Shown: one piece after another, positions 34,339-45,771 of the stretch
Layout: each line of letters starts with the position of its first letter
Position numbering within the stretch: the first letter of the stretch is position 1
Assembly: GCA_964654995.1 (NCBI GenBank)
Contig: CAZZKF010000004.1
Span: 1 to 62,583, forward strand
Direction: 5' to 3'
Length of the DNA stretch: 62,583 bases
Source: an uncultured Alphaproteobacteria bacterium
Lineage (GTDB): Bacteria > Pseudomonadota > Alphaproteobacteria > CAZZKF01
Translations under genes and position numbers: made by a program
Notes under the pieces: model-generated
Databases searched by the model: none
What the model was told of the DNA's origin: nothing
The model's input: the letters and a program-made list of their open reading frames with translations, nothing else

Positions 34339-35679
34339 GTGCGCACCCGATCGACCTTGCGCACCGTGCTTCGCGCCGCCGTCGTGGCGGTGCTGATCGC
34401 CCCGCTTGTCGCCGCATGCAGCGGCAAGGACAAGAAGCAGACGCGGCTCAAGGGCGAGCGGATCTCGGTGCTCGCCTTCGAGCAGACCCTGCGGGCCGAT
34501 CCCCGGCTGTCCTCGGTTCAGGTGCGTCTGCCCAAGCCCTATGTCAATGACGCCTGGCCGCAGGCCGGCGGCTATCCGACCCACGCCATGCATCATCTGG
34601 CACTGGGTCGCTCCTTGCGCGAGGTCTGGCGGGTCAGCATCGGTGTCGGCGACGAGCGTAACAAGCCGCTGGTCAGCTCGCCGGTGGTGGCGGACGGACG
34701 GGTCTATACGCTCGACGCCGAGGCCATGGCCAGTGCCTTCGATGCCGAGACCGGGCGCAAGCTGTGGTCGGTCAAGTTCAAGCGCAAGGGCGAGAAGAAG
34801 TCGATCGCCTTTGGCGGCGGCATCGCCTTTGATGACGGGCGGGTCTTTGTCACCACCGGCTACGGCTATGCGGCGGCCCTCGATGCCGCCTCGGGGCGCG
34901 AGTTGTGGCGGGCCGATCTCGGCGTGTCCCTGCGCGGCACCCCGACCATTCAGGGCGGTCGGGTGTTCCTCAACAGCTATGACAATCAGTTGTTTGCCCT
35001 CGATGAGGAGACCGGCGAGGTGCTCTGGTACCATGTCGCCGTCAGCGAGACCGCCGGCATGCTGGGGACCGCCAGCCCGGCGGTGTTCGGGGACACCGTG
35101 GTGGCAGCCTTTTCATCCGGCGAACTGGTTGCGCTGCGGGTTGAGAACGGGCGCATGGCGTGGAGCGATACGCTGACCCGGACCGGTCGAATGACGCCGC
35201 TCGCCACGATCAGCGATATCGACGGCCATCCGGTGATCGATCGCGGCAGGGTCTATGCCATCAGCCATTCGGGGCGCATGGTGGCGATCGATCTGCGCAG
35301 CGGCGAGCGGGTATGGGAGCGCAACATCGGCGGCATCCAGACACCGTGGGTGGCCGGCGAGTTCATCTATCTGGTGACCTCGGACAACGAGGTCATCGCC
35401 CTGTCGCGCAACAGCGGGCGCATCCGCTGGGTCCGCGAACTGCAGCGCTTCGAAAACGAAAACAAGAAGAAACATGCTGTCTTCTGGGCCGGGCCGGTGC
35501 TTGCCGGGGATCGCCTGATCGTCGTGTCCTCGCATGGCTATGCGCTCTCCATCTCGCCCTATACCGGCGAAATCCTGGGGGCCGAGAAGATCGCCAAGAA
35601 GGTGTTCCTGCCCCCGATCGTCGCCGATCGCACGCTCTATATCCTGACCAACGGGGGGCGGCTGGTCGCCATGCGTTGA
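34339..35679 (+). CDS. bamB: BamB-like PQQ beta-propeller outer-membrane lipoprotein
   Basis: Lipobox LVAAC, repeated W-containing PQQ-like blades; yfgM-bamB-der synteny; GTG 34339. Confidence 0.82.
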   Translation: MRTRSTLRTVLRAAVVAVLIAPLVAACSGKDKKQTRLKGERISVLAFEQTLRADPRLSSVQVRLPKPYVNDAWPQAGGYPTHAMHHLALGRSLREVWRVSIGVGDERNKPLVSSPVVADGRVYTLDAEAMASAFDAETGRKLWSVKFKRKGEKKSIAFGGGIAFDDGRVFVTTGYGYAAALDAASGRELWRADLGVSLRGTPTIQGGRVFLNSYDNQLFALDEETGEVLWYHVAVSETAGMLGTASPAVFGDTVVAAFSSGELVALRVENGRMAWSDTLTRTGRMTPLATISDIDGHPVIDRGRVYAISHSGRMVAIDLRSGERVWERNIGGIQTPWVAGEFIYLVTSDNEVIALSRNSGRIRWVRELQRFENENKKKHAVFWAGPVLAGDRLIVVSSHGYALSISPYTGEILGAEKIAKKVFLPPIVADRTLYILTNGGRLVAMR

Positions 35680-35729
35680 ACCGGCGCTGGTTGTCGCCGC
35701 CCCGGACATCACATGCCGCCACCATTGCC

Positions 35730-37073
35730 ATGAGCTTCACCGTCGCCATCATCGGCCGGCCCAATGTCGGCAAGTCGACGCTGTTCAACCGGTTGGCCGG
35801 CAAGCGGCTGGCGCTGGTTCACGATACCCCTGGCGTGACCCGCGACCGGCGCGAGGCCGAGGCCCGCCTCGGCGAGCTCGCGTTCCGCATCATCGATACC
35901 GCCGGGCTCGAGGACGCCGCGCCCGAGACCCCGGAAGCGCGCATGCGGGCACAGACCGAACGCGCGCTTCGCGACGCCGATATCGCCCTGTTTCTGATCG
36001 ATGCCCGCGCCGGCATCACACCGCTCGATCGCCATTTTGCCCGCTGGCTGCGCGAAAGCGGGGTGCCGGTGATCGTGATCGCCAACAAATGCGAAGGCGA
36101 GGCGGCACGCGCCGGCGCTTACGAGGCGTTCGAGCTCGGGCTCGGCGATCCGGTGCCGCTGTCGGCCGCCCACGGCGACGGGCTGGACGCGCTCTATGAG
36201 GCGCTCAAACGGCTGCGCGCCGAAGCGGCGGGCGCCGGTGAAGGCGAAAGGCCGGCGCAGGCGGAAGGGCGGCCGCTGAAGATCGCCATTGTCGGTCGCC
36301 CCAATGCCGGCAAGTCGACGCTGGTCAACACGCTGATCGGTGATGAGCGCATGCTGACCGGGCCGGAACCGGGCCTGACCCGCGACGCGGTGGCCATCGA
36401 CTGGGCCTGGCGGGATCGCCCGATCAGCCTGTTCGATACCGCCGGCTTGCGCAAGCGGGCGCGGATGACGGCCGATCTCGACCGTCTGTCGGCCGCGGAT
36501 AGCCTGCGCGCCATCCGCTTTGCCGAGGTCGTGGTGCTTTTGCTGGATGCGCGGGCGCCGTTCGAGAAGCAGGACCGCCATATCGCCGGCCTGGTGGCGG
36601 ATGAGGGCCGGGCGCTGGTGATCGGGCTCAACAAATGGGATCTGGTCGAGGACCGGGACGCGACGCGGAAGGCCCTGCGCGAGGCGGTGGAGGAGGCGGT
36701 CCCGCAGGTCCGCGGGGTGCCGGTCGTGCCGCTCTCGGCGCTCACCGGCACCGGCACCGAGCGCCTGATGAAGGCCGTCTTCAAGGCCTATGAGCTGTGG
36801 AACCGGCGGCTGGCCACCGGCCCCTTGAACCGATGGCTGAGGTACGCCGTCGAGCGCCATCCGCCGCCGGCGCGCGCCGGGCGGCGCACCCGCATCCGTT
36901 ATGTGACGCAGGCCAAGGCGCGTCCGCCGACCTTCGTGTTCTTCTGCAACCGCCCGGACGTGGTGCCCGAATCCTACCGCCGCTATCTGGTCAACGAGCT
37001 GCGCGACGCCTTCCGTTTGCCCGGGGTGCCGATCCGCACGCATTTCCGCAAGGGCGAAAACCCTTACGCCTGA
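35730..37073 (+). CDS. der: Ribosome biogenesis GTPase Der (EngA)
   Basis: Two GTPase domains [16 protein letters not shown] and [16 protein letters not shown] plus KH-like tail; ATG 35730. Confidence 0.98.
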   Translation: MSFTVAIIGRPNVGKSTLFNRLAGKRLALVHDTPGVTRDRREAEARLGELAFRIIDTAGLEDAAPETPEARMRAQTERALRDADIALFLIDARAGITPLDRHFARWLRESGVPVIVIANKCEGEAARAGAYEAFELGLGDPVPLSAAHGDGLDALYEALKRLRAEAAGAGEGERPAQAEGRPLKIAIVGRPNAGKSTLVNTLIGDERMLTGPEPGLTRDAVAIDWAWRDRPISLFDTAGLRKRARMTADLDRLSAADSLRAIRFAEVVVLLLDARAPFEKQDRHIAGLVADEGRALVIGLNKWDLVEDRDATRKALREAVEEAVPQVRGVPVVPLSALTGTGTERLMKAVFKAYELWNRRLATGPLNRWLRYAVERHPPPARAGRRTRIRYVTQAKARPPTFVFFCNRPDVVPESYRRYLVNELRDAFRLPGVPIRTHFRKGENPYA

Positions 37074-37801
37074 GCCGCACGCTCCGCCTGCCAGTCGCGA
37101 AAGCGGACGATCTCGCCGGTTTTCGTCCACTCGGGTACTGCCAGCTCAAGGAACAGCTCGGCCACGTCTTCGGGGGTGGGAAGGGTCATCGGGTCCTCGC
37201 CAGGCATGGCGGCGGCGCGCATGGCGGTGCGGGTCGGGCCGGGATCGACCAGATTGACCTTGACCGGCGTCTTGACGGTCTCGGCGGCATAGATCCGCGC
37301 CAACATCTCGAGGCCGGCCTTGCTGATCGCATAGGCCCCCCAATAGGCCTTGGGCCTTGAGCCGACCCCGGAGCTGACGAAAATCGCGCGGCCCGCCGGA
37401 GCAGCGCGCAGCAGCGGGTCCATGGAGCGGACAAGCCGCCAGTTGGCGGTCAGGTTGACGGCGATGACATCGTCCCAGACTTCCGTCTTGAGGTGGGCCA
37501 GCGGCCCGAGCACGCCGAGCAGGCCGGCATTGCCGACCAGCACGTCGAGCCGCTTCCACCGCTCGGCAATGACGCCACCGAGACGATCGATGCCGGGGCC
37601 ATCCTTGAGATCCAAGGGCACCAGCGTCGCCGAGCCGCCAAGCGCCTGGATTTCGTCGTCCAGTTCCTCCAGCCCGCCAACCGTGCGGGCGACCAGAATG
37701 ACATGCGCACCTTCGGCCGCGAAGCGGCGTGCCACCGCCGCCCCGATGCCGCGCGAAGCACCGGTGATCAGGGCCACTCGATCTGTCAGACGACCGGTCA
37801 T
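37064..37801 (-). CDS. SDR family oxidoreductase
   Basis: [17 protein letters not shown]; downstream of purF. Confidence 0.93.
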   Translation of the reverse strand: MTGRLTDRVALITGASRGIGAAVARRFAAEGAHVILVARTVGGLEELDDEIQALGGSATLVPLDLKDGPGIDRLGGVIAERWKRLDVLVGNAGLLGVLGPLAHLKTEVWDDVIAVNLTANWRLVRSMDPLLRAAPAGRAIFVSSGVGSRPKAYWGAYAISKAGLEMLARIYAAETVKTPVKVNLVDPGPTRTAMRAAAMPGEDPMTLPTPEDVAELFLELAVPEWTKTGEIVRFRDWQAERAAQA

Positions 37802-37820
37802 CGGACGAACCTCTTGGATG

Positions 37821-39317
37821 TCAGCCGCGTTCGGCCAGAAGAGAAAGCTGGACGCCGGTATCGCCGCCGTCGAAGTCGGTCAGCGGAATCGGATATTCGC
37901 CGCTGAAGCAGGCGTCGCAGTACTGGGGGTGTTCGGGGTCGCGTGCGCGCTCGCCGACCGCCCGGTAGAGCCCTTCAATCGACAGATAGGCCAGCGTATC
38001 GACACCGATATGGCGGGCCATTTCGTCGAGGTCCATGCGTGCCGCCAGAAGCTCGTCGCGTTCCGGCGTATCGACGCCATAGAAGCAGGAATGGGTGGTC
38101 GGCGGGCTGGCGACCCGCATATGCACCTCGACGGCACCGGCCGAGCGCACCATCTCGACGATCTTGAGCGAGGTGGTGCCGCGGACGATGCTGTCGTCGA
38201 CCAGAACCACCCGCTTGCCCGAAAGATGGCCACGGTTGGCGTTGTGCTTGAGCTTGACGCCGAGGTGGCGAATGTTGTCGGTCGGCTCGATAAACGTGCG
38301 CCCGACATAATGATTGCGGATGATGCCGAGCTCGAACGGAATGGCGGCGGCCTGGGCGTAGCCGATCGCCGCCGGCGTGCCCGAGTCGGGGACCGGCACG
38401 ACGATATCGGCGTCCACCGGCTTCTCCCGCGCCAGTTCGGCGCCGATCCGCTTGCGGATGTCATAGACGCTGGTGCCCGAGACGATGCTGTCGGGGCGCG
38501 AGAAATAGATATGCTCGAAAATGCACGGCCGCGGCCGTTCCTCGGGGAAGGGCTTGAGGCTGCGCACACCATGCTCGTTGATGATGACGATTTCGCCGGG
38601 ATCGATTTCGCGCACCAGCTCGGCACCGATGATATCGAGCGCGCAGGTCTCGGAGGCGAGGATATGGGCGGTCTCATCGAGCCGGCCGAGCACCAGCGGG
38701 CGCACGCCCAAAGGATCGCGGGCGCCAATGAGCGAATCCGCGGTCAGCGTCACCAGCGAATACGCGCCTTCGACCTTGCGCAGCGAATCGACGAAGCGGT
38801 CGATCAGCCAGGCGTAGTTGCTGGTGGCGATGAGATGGATGAAGACCTCGGTATCCGCCGTTGACTGGAAGATCGAGCCGGAGCGCACCAGCTCGCGGCG
38901 CAGGGCCAGCGCATTGGTCAGATTGCCGTTGTGCGCGATCGCGAAGCCGCCGGTGGAGAGGTCGGCGAACAGCGGCTGAACATTGCGCAGAAAGGTCTTC
39001 TCGCCGCTGGTCGAATAACGCACATGGCCAATGGCGCTCGATCCAGGAAGAGAGCGAATCACCTCCGGCGAGGTCAGATGGTCGCCGACCAGCCCGAGGC
39101 AGCGCTGGCTGTTGAAGCGGGCGCCGTCGAAGGTGACGATGCCGGCCGCTTCCTGGCCGCGGTGCTGCAGGGCGTGGAGCCCGAGCACCGTGTGGGCGGC
39201 GGCGTCCTTGTGGCCGAAAATGCCGAAAATGCCGCATTCTTCGTGAAAGGCGTCGTCAAACGGCATCTTTCCGACATCCCGCCTCATGCCCGGCCTGCCC
39301 TCTCGATTGGTCCGCAT
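37821..39317 (-). CDS. purF: Amidophosphoribosyltransferase
   Basis: EECGIFG, LQHRGQE, HVRYST, VLVDDSIVRGTT, Fe-S cysteines (CIFE, CFYG, YCDAC); start may be 39287 or 39266. Confidence 0.97.
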   Translation of the reverse strand: MRTNREGRPGMRRDVGKMPFDDAFHEECGIFGIFGHKDAAAHTVLGLHALQHRGQEAAGIVTFDGARFNSQRCLGLVGDHLTSPEVIRSLPGSSAIGHVRYSTSGEKTFLRNVQPLFADLSTGGFAIAHNGNLTNALALRRELVRSGSIFQSTADTEVFIHLIATSNYAWLIDRFVDSLRKVEGAYSLVTLTADSLIGARDPLGVRPLVLGRLDETAHILASETCALDIIGAELVREIDPGEIVIINEHGVRSLKPFPEERPRPCIFEHIYFSRPDSIVSGTSVYDIRKRIGAELAREKPVDADIVVPVPDSGTPAAIGYAQAAAIPFELGIIRNHYVGRTFIEPTDNIRHLGVKLKHNANRGHLSGKRVVLVDDSIVRGTTSLKIVEMVRSAGAVEVHMRVASPPTTHSCFYGVDTPERDELLAARMDLDEMARHIGVDTLAYLSIEGLYRAVGERARDPEHPQYCDACFSGEYPIPLTDFDGGDTGVQLSLLAERG

Positions 39318-39349
39318 CGCTTGTCGTCTGCCTCCGGTGTCGCCCTTTG

Positions 39350-40015
39350 CTAACGATCTTCGGCCTTCCGGATCAGCGTATTCAGTTCGCGCCGCTGATC
39401 GCGGTTATACCCGGTTTCATCCGGGCTGTCAGAGAAAGATTCGGGCGCCGGCAGGGTCTGCTTGAGCTTCTCGAAAACCTCGCGACTGCGGCTCCGCCAG
39501 GCCTTGCGGCTGCGCGCGCTCATCCATCCTTCCGGCAGCAGGCTGACCAGCACGTCGCCGCCGACTTCGGCCCAGGGGAGCAGGCGCGAGCCGGCGGCCC
39601 AGGCCGGGCGCGTCGCCGCCGAGCCGCCGATCAGGGCGAGCAACAGATAGAGCGCGCTGATGATGAAGGCGGCCCGCAGCAGCCCGAAGACGGCCCCGGC
39701 CGAGCGGTCGAGCAGGCCGAGCACGCTGGCGCGGGCGCGCCGGCCCAGCACCCGGGCGAGGCCGGAGAGGATGAGCAGCGTGGTAACGAAAATGGTGGCG
39801 CCGGCGATGGCCCCGGCGAGAAATGCGGGAGAGACATAGTCGCCGACAAAGTCGCGGACCCGGTCGAATCCGTAAAGCGTTGCCAGAACCGCACCGACCC
39901 AGGCCCCGACCGCCAGCGTTTCACGCACGAATCCGCGGGCAAAGCCGATCACCGCAGAGATCACGACGATGGTCAGAATGGCGGCATCAAGGCCGTGAAT
40001 GGGAAGACCGAACAT
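39350..40015 (-). CDS. cvpA: CvpA family membrane protein
   Basis: GFARGFVRE, LDRSAGAVFGLLR; radA-cvpA-purF synteny. Confidence 0.9.
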   Translation of the reverse strand: MFGLPIHGLDAAILTIVVISAVIGFARGFVRETLAVGAWVGAVLATLYGFDRVRDFVGDYVSPAFLAGAIAGATIFVTTLLILSGLARVLGRRARASVLGLLDRSAGAVFGLLRAAFIISALYLLLALIGGSAATRPAWAAGSRLLPWAEVGGDVLVSLLPEGWMSARSRKAWRSRSREVFEKLKQTLPAPESFSDSPDETGYNRDQRRELNTLIRKAEDR

Positions 40016-40031
40016 GTCTGAAACGGCTCTT

Positions 40032-41399
40032 TCAGTGGTCTGCGCCGGCCATCAATAGATCGGCCAGACCGGCGACGCTGTCAATGACGGTGACCTCGAT
40101 TCCGTCCGATCCGGCGGCCGCAGCCTGCGGCGCAAAGGCGCGGGCAAAGCCCAGTTTCGCGGCCTCGCGCAGGCGCGCACCCGGTTTTGATACCGGCCGG
40201 ACCTCGCCGGACAGGCCGATTTCACCGAAAAACACCGATTTGTCGGGCACCGCCACGTCGCCGGCCGAGGAAATCAGCGCCGCGGCCGCCGCCAGGTCGG
40301 CCGCCGGCTCGACGATCCGCAGGCCGCCGGCAACGTTGAGATAGACCTCGCGCGCGGCCAGCGCCAGCCCGGCGCGGCGCTCGAGGACCGCCAGGATCAT
40401 CGCCAGGCGCGCCCCGTCCCAGCCGACCACGGCGCGCCGCGGGGTTGCCAGCGGCGACGGCGCCACCAGCGCCTGAATCTCGACCAGCACAGGCCGCGAG
40501 CCTTCGATGCCGGCGAACACGGCGGCGCCGCTGACCGGCGTCCTGCGCTCACCCAGGAACAGGGACGAGGGATTGGCGACCTGGCGCAAGCCGGCGTCGG
40601 TCATCTCGAAGACGCCGATTTCTTCGGTGCCGCCAAAGCGGTTCTTGACCGAGCGCAGGATGCGGTACTGATGGCCGCGCTCGCCCTCGAAATAGAGCAC
40701 CGTGTCCACCATGTGCTCGAGCACCCGCGGGCCGGCGATCTGGCCGTCCTTGGTGACATGGCCGACCAGGAACAGGGCGGCGCCGCGACGCTTGGCAAAG
40801 CGGATCAGCTCCTGGGCGCTGGCCCGGACCTGAGCGACCGTGCCGGGGGCGGACTCGAGCACATCGACAAACATCGTCTGGATCGAATCGATGACCACCA
40901 CATCCGCCGGCGTGCCGCCCTCAAGTGTGGCGAGGATGTCGCGCACATTGGTCTCGGCCGCCAGCTTGATCGGCGCTTCGCCAAGCCCCAGACGGGCGGC
41001 GCGCATCTGGATCTGGGCCGGCGCCTCCTCGCCGGAGACATAGACGACGTCTGCGCCCGCTTTGGCCATGGCAGCGGCTGCCTGCAGCAGCAGCGTCGAT
41101 TTGCCGATCCCGGGATCGCCGCCGATCAGAACCGCCGATCCGGCCACCAGCCCACCGCCCAAGACCCGGTCGAGCTCGGCAATGCCGGCGGGGCGGCGCG
41201 GCGCGGTGTCCTCGAGGCCGGGCAGATCGGCGAGCTCGACGACCTTGCCGCGCCGCCGCCCCAGCCCGCGCGGCGCGCTGTCCCGGGGAACGGTTTCGAC
41301 GACGCTGTTCCATTCCGAACAGGCCTCGCAACGCCCGGTCCATTTGGCATAGACGGCGCCGCAGCTCTGACAGACGTAGCGATCAGCGGTCTTGGCCAT
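40032..41399 (-). CDS. radA: DNA repair protein RadA/Sms
   Basis: CQSC...CEAC zinc finger, GDPGIGKS, KNRFG motif, Lon-like C-terminus. Confidence 0.98.
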   Translation of the reverse strand: MAKTADRYVCQSCGAVYAKWTGRCEACSEWNSVVETVPRDSAPRGLGRRRGKVVELADLPGLEDTAPRRPAGIAELDRVLGGGLVAGSAVLIGGDPGIGKSTLLLQAAAAMAKAGADVVYVSGEEAPAQIQMRAARLGLGEAPIKLAAETNVRDILATLEGGTPADVVVIDSIQTMFVDVLESAPGTVAQVRASAQELIRFAKRRGAALFLVGHVTKDGQIAGPRVLEHMVDTVLYFEGERGHQYRILRSVKNRFGGTEEIGVFEMTDAGLRQVANPSSLFLGERRTPVSGAAVFAGIEGSRPVLVEIQALVAPSPLATPRRAVVGWDGARLAMILAVLERRAGLALAAREVYLNVAGGLRIVEPAADLAAAAALISSAGDVAVPDKSVFFGEIGLSGEVRPVSKPGARLREAAKLGFARAFAPQAAAAGSDGIEVTVIDSVAGLADLLMAGADH

Positions 41400-41438
41400 G
41401 GTGCTCGCCGGGTACGAAACGGGTGAGGCGGTGTGCGT

Positions 41439-42275
41439 TCACCGTTTCAGCACCTCCATGTGGATCGGGCCTTCGGCCCGGCCGTGGATGAACTGGTCGA
41501 CATAAGGGTTGCCGCTGTGATCGATCTGATCGACGGGGCCGATCCAGATGATGCGGCCCTGGTACAGCATGCCGATCCGGTCGGCGATCTTGCGGGCGCT
41601 GGCCATGTCGTGGGTGATCGACAGCGTCGTCGCGCCGAGCTCGCGCACGCAATCGACAATCAGATCGTTGATCACATCGGCCATGATCGGGTCGAGCCCG
41701 GTCGTGGGCTCGTCGAAAAAGATGCACTCGGGCTCGGTGGCGATGGCGCGGGCCAGCCCGACGCGCTTGCGCATGCCGCCCGACAGCTCGGCCGGGCTCA
41801 GCTCCCCGACCTCCGGGCCAAGCCCGACCATGGCCAGCTTGGCAATCGCCACCTCCTTGGCCTGGCCCCGCTTCATCTTGCGCCCGGCAATCAGCCCGAA
41901 GGCGACATTTTCCCATACCGGCAGACTGTCGAACAGGGCGGCGCTCTGGAACAGCATGCCGAAGCGGGCGAGCATCCGGTCGCGCTCGCGCCCGCGCAGG
42001 CCGACCACCTCCTCGCCGTCGACGGTGATGCTCCCCGATTCGGGCCGCAACAGACCGAGAATGCACTTCAGCATCACCGACTTGCCGGTGCCCGAGCCGC
42101 CGATGATGACCACCGAGCGCCCGCGCGGAATATCGAGGTCGAGGTGATCGAGAACGATGTTGCTGCCGAACCGCTTGCACACGCCGCGCAGCCGGATCAT
42201 CGGCGCTTCGTCGGCGGCCACGTCCGGAGTGCCGGGCGCGGCGGAGACAGGGGCGGAAAGGGGGCGCTCGTTCAT
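41439..42275 (-). CDS. mlaF: MlaF-like ABC ATP-binding protein
   Basis: GGSGTGKS, LSGGMRKRVGLARA, FDEPTTGLDP; overlaps mlaE. Confidence 0.88.
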   Translation of the reverse strand: MNERPLSAPVSAAPGTPDVAADEAPMIRLRGVCKRFGSNIVLDHLDLDIPRGRSVVIIGGSGTGKSVMLKCILGLLRPESGSITVDGEEVVGLRGRERDRMLARFGMLFQSAALFDSLPVWENVAFGLIAGRKMKRGQAKEVAIAKLAMVGLGPEVGELSPAELSGGMRKRVGLARAIATEPECIFFDEPTTGLDPIMADVINDLIVDCVRELGATTLSITHDMASARKIADRIGMLYQGRIIWIGPVDQIDHSGNPYVDQFIHGRAEGPIHMEVLKR

Positions 42276-43051
42276 GTCGCAAAGAACATTTCGGTGATGA
42301 AATAATTGGCCACCAGGATGAGGATCGAGGCGGAGACGACGGCGTTGCGGGTCGCGCTGCCGACGCCCTGCGCCCCGCCGCGGCTGTGAAAGCCGTGGAA
42401 ACAGCCCATCAGGGCAATGATGAACCCGAACGCCGCGGCCTTGACCAGGCCGGAGAAAACATCAAGAAATTCAAGGTAATCCACCGTGTTCTTCAAGTAA
42501 CTTCCGCTGGAAAACCCGAGCTTGCTGGTGCCCACCATGTAGCCGCCCAGCACACCGATGATATCGGCGACGATGACCAGGATCGGCAGCATCAGCGTCG
42601 CCGCCACGAGGCGCGGGGCGATCAGATATTTGTACGGATTGGTGGCCAGTGTGATCAGCGCATCGATCTGTTCGGTCACCCGCATGGTGCCGATTTCGGC
42701 GGCCATGGCGGCGCTGACGCGCCCCGCGACCATCAGCCCGGCGAGCACCGGGCCCAATTCGCGGGTAATGCCGATGACGACGATGGTGGCGACCGAGCCT
42801 TCGGCCGAGAAACGCGAGCTGCCGATATAGATCTGCAAGGCCAGCACGGCACCGGTAAACAGCGCCGTCAGCCCGACCACGGGCAGCGAAAAATAGCCGA
42901 TGCTGATCATCTGGACGCCGACATGACGCACATAGACCGGTGGCGTGAACACATGCGCCAACGAGGTGCCGGCAAAGATCGCCAGGCGTCCGGCGCTTGC
43001 CAGAAACCGCAGGGTGACGCGGCCGATCAGCGCCAGAAATTGCAGCATCAC
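42272..43051 (-). CDS. mlaE: MlaE-like ABC permease
   Basis: RELGPVL, AAEIGTMRVTEQIDAL, GAQGVGSAT motifs. Confidence 0.92.
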   Translation of the reverse strand: MMLQFLALIGRVTLRFLASAGRLAIFAGTSLAHVFTPPVYVRHVGVQMISIGYFSLPVVGLTALFTGAVLALQIYIGSSRFSAEGSVATIVVIGITRELGPVLAGLMVAGRVSAAMAAEIGTMRVTEQIDALITLATNPYKYLIAPRLVAATLMLPILVIVADIIGVLGGYMVGTSKLGFSSGSYLKNTVDYLEFLDVFSGLVKAAAFGFIIALMGCFHGFHSRGGAQGVGSATRNAVVSASILILVANYFITEMFFAT

Positions 43052-44185
43052 CTAGGCCCCGCCCTTGTAAACCCGGTGGAGCCGCGGCCCGAGGCGGGTG
43101 AGAAGCTCATAGCTGACCGACCCGGCGGCGGCTGCCGCCACATCCAGCGGTATGGCACCGCCGATCAGATCGACGAGCGTGCCGGGCGCGCATTGCTCGG
43201 CGGGTATCCGGGAGACATCGAGGGTGATCAGATCCATGGAAACCCTGCCGACAATCGGGACTTTCACGCCGTCTATCGCGCCGAACCCCCGATTGCTCAA
43301 GGCCCGCAAATAGCCGTCGGCATAGCCGACACCGACGGTGGCCAGACGGCCCGGCCCGGTGATCCCGTGGGTCGCACCATAGCCAACGGTCATGGGGCTG
43401 TCAACGCGCCGCACCTGCAGGATTCTTCCTTGCAGGTGAACCACTTGCGCCATCGGATTGTCACCGTGATCGAGCGGATTTCCGCCGTAAAGGGCGATGC
43501 CGGGACGCACCATGTCGAGGTGATAGGCAGACCCCAGAAAGATGCCGCCGGAATTGGCCAGGCTCGCCGGTGCCGGCGGCAGGGATCCGCGCAGCTCGTT
43601 GAACAGGGCCAGTTGGCGGGCATTCATCTCGTGATCCGGCTCGTCCGAGCAGGCCAGATGGCTCATCACCCAGGTGAGCATCACTCCTTCGAGGCGGTTT
43701 GGCTCAGCGGCCAGCGCCCGGGCATCCTCGGGCGTCAGCCCCAGCCGGTTCATGCCGGTGTCGAGGTGGAGGACGCCGGCCAGCGGGGTCTCGCGGCGGC
43801 GCGAAAACGCCGCCCACAGATCGATCTGGGCCGGATCGTTCAACACCGGCGTCAGCCCGAGGCCGGCGAAATCGGCCTCGGTGCCGGCGGTCGGGCCGGT
43901 GAGCACATGAATTTCCGCCTGCGGCAGGATCTCGCGCAGCCGCGCCCCTTCCTCGAGGTCGGCAACCAGAAAGATCCGGCAGCCGGCAGCGCTGAGCGCG
44001 CGCGCCACCGGGGCCAGCCCCAGGCCATAGGCATCGGCCTTCACCGCCGCCGAGCACAGGGCCGGGGCGGCACGTTCGGCGAGCGCCCGGTAGTTGGCGC
44101 GCAGGGCATCGAGGTCAATGGTGAGGATGCCGCCCGCTGTCGCAGCCTTCAACCGTTCGCGGGAAGGGCGGTCAACCGGTGGCAT
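43052..44185 (-). CDS. alr: Alanine racemase
   Basis: AAVKADAYGLG PLP lysine, HLDTGMNRLG, SHLAC, VGYGA, GRVSMD; ATG 44185 (TTG 44152 alternative). Confidence 0.96.
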   Translation of the reverse strand: MPPVDRPSRERLKAATAGGILTIDLDALRANYRALAERAAPALCSAAVKADAYGLGLAPVARALSAAGCRIFLVADLEEGARLREILPQAEIHVLTGPTAGTEADFAGLGLTPVLNDPAQIDLWAAFSRRRETPLAGVLHLDTGMNRLGLTPEDARALAAEPNRLEGVMLTWVMSHLACSDEPDHEMNARQLALFNELRGSLPPAPASLANSGGIFLGSAYHLDMVRPGIALYGGNPLDHGDNPMAQVVHLQGRILQVRRVDSPMTVGYGATHGITGPGRLATVGVGYADGYLRALSNRGFGAIDGVKVPIVGRVSMDLITLDVSRIPAEQCAPGTLVDLIGGAIPLDVAAAAAGSVSYELLTRLGPRLHRVYKGGA

Positions 44186-45689
44186 ACGGCAGGTGATCGT
44201 CTTCGTCGAGATCGCCGAAGCGGGTTGTTTCCTTGTTGAAATGCAGGCGGACGGTGCCGGTGGGTCCGTGGCGCTGCTTGCCGATGATGATCTCCGCCTT
44301 GCCGAGGATCTGCTCGCCCTTTTCCAGCCATTTCTCGTGCGATTCGGTGTCGCGCTCGGGCTCCTTGCGCTCGTGATAATATTCCTCGCGAAACACGAAC
44401 ATGACGACATCGGCGTCCTGCTCGATCGAGCCGGATTCACGCAGGTCGGCGAGCAATGGGCGCTTGTCCTCGCGCTGCTCGACGGCGCGGCTGAGCTGCG
44501 AAAGCGCCAGGACCGGCAGGTTCAGCTCCTTGGCCAGCGCCTTGAGGCCACGGGTAATCTCGGAAATCTCCAGCACCCGGCTGTCGAGATTGCGGTTTCC
44601 CGCCGGGCGCAGGAGCTGGAGATAGTCGACGATCACCAGGGAGAGCCCGTGCTGGCGCTTGAGGCGGCGCGCCCGGGCGCGCAGCGCCGCGATCGAGAGC
44701 GCCGGCGTATCGTCGATGAAAAAGGGGGCTTCCTCGATCTCCTGGGCGGCGCGCACCAGATTCTGGAAGTCGGCCTTGTTCATCATGCCGCGGCGCAGCT
44801 TTTCCGACGGGATGTTGGCTTCTTCGGCGAGCATCCGCATGGCCAGCTGCTCGGCCGACATCTCGAGCGAGAAGAACCCCACCACCGCGCCGTCCAGGTC
44901 CTTGTCCTGGGGATCACCGCCGGCGGCCAGCGCCCGGGCGCGCGCCTTGGCGGCATTAAACCCGATGTTGGTGGCCAGCGCCGTCTTGCCCATCGACGGG
45001 CGCCCGGCCAGCACCACCAGATCCGAGCGGTGCAGGCCGCCGAGCTTTTCATCGAGGGCGCGCAAGCCGGTGGCCACCCCGGTGACCTTGCCGTCGCGCT
45101 TGTAGGCCGCCTCGACCATCTCGACGGCGGCGGTCACCGAGCGCCGGAACGGCTTGAAGCCGCTTTCCACTTCGCCGGTCTCGGCCAGCTCGAACAGGCG
45201 ATGCTCGGCGCGCTCGATCTGGCTCATCGCGTCATCATCGATTTCCGTCTCGATCGCCTCGACGACCATTTCCTTGCCGATGTCGATGAGGCTGCGGCGA
45301 ATCGCGAGATCGTGAATCTGGCGCCCGAAACTCTCGGCGTTGTAGATGGTGATCGCGGCGCCCGCCAGCTTGGCCAGATAACGCGCCCCGCCAACGGCAC
45401 GCAGCGCCTCGTCGCTTTCAAAGAAGGGCTTGAGGGTGATCGCCGTGGCCAGTTGGCCGCGCTCGATCAGCTTCAGGCAGGCCTCATAGATGCGCCCGTG
45501 CAGGGGATCGTAGAAATGGCCGGGAAGCAGGAAATCGGAGACCTTTTCGGCCGCCGCATTGTTGACCAGAATGGCGCCCAGGAGCGCCTGTTCGACTTCG
45601 ATGTTGTGCGGCGGACCCAGGCCCTCTTCCGCCTCCGGGCCACCGGTGCCGGGCTCGAACGGGGTGATCTGCGGCTGCGACGAGTCCAT
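44172..45689 (-). CDS. dnaB: Replicative DNA helicase
   Basis: PPHNIEVEQ, AGRPSMGKT, FSLEMS, VDYLQL, SQLSR, LRESGSIEQDAD. Confidence 0.98.
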   Translation of the reverse strand: MDSSQPQITPFEPGTGGPEAEEGLGPPHNIEVEQALLGAILVNNAAAEKVSDFLLPGHFYDPLHGRIYEACLKLIERGQLATAITLKPFFESDEALRAVGGARYLAKLAGAAITIYNAESFGRQIHDLAIRRSLIDIGKEMVVEAIETEIDDDAMSQIERAEHRLFELAETGEVESGFKPFRRSVTAAVEMVEAAYKRDGKVTGVATGLRALDEKLGGLHRSDLVVLAGRPSMGKTALATNIGFNAAKARARALAAGGDPQDKDLDGAVVGFFSLEMSAEQLAMRMLAEEANIPSEKLRRGMMNKADFQNLVRAAQEIEEAPFFIDDTPALSIAALRARARRLKRQHGLSLVIVDYLQLLRPAGNRNLDSRVLEISEITRGLKALAKELNLPVLALSQLSRAVEQREDKRPLLADLRESGSIEQDADVVMFVFREEYYHERKEPERDTESHEKWLEKGEQILGKAEIIIGKQRHGPTGTVRLHFNKETTRFGDLDEDDHLPYATG

Positions 45690-45771
45690 GCTTTGCCATT
45701 AGCAACGGATCGCGCCCGCGTGCAAGGCAAAAGTTATACCGGCCTGTGAACGACGGGGATAACCTGGCCGG

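Noticed and set aside
37064-37073. Overlap of der and SDR 3' ends
   Set aside because: Short convergent overlaps are ordinary in compact GC-rich genomes
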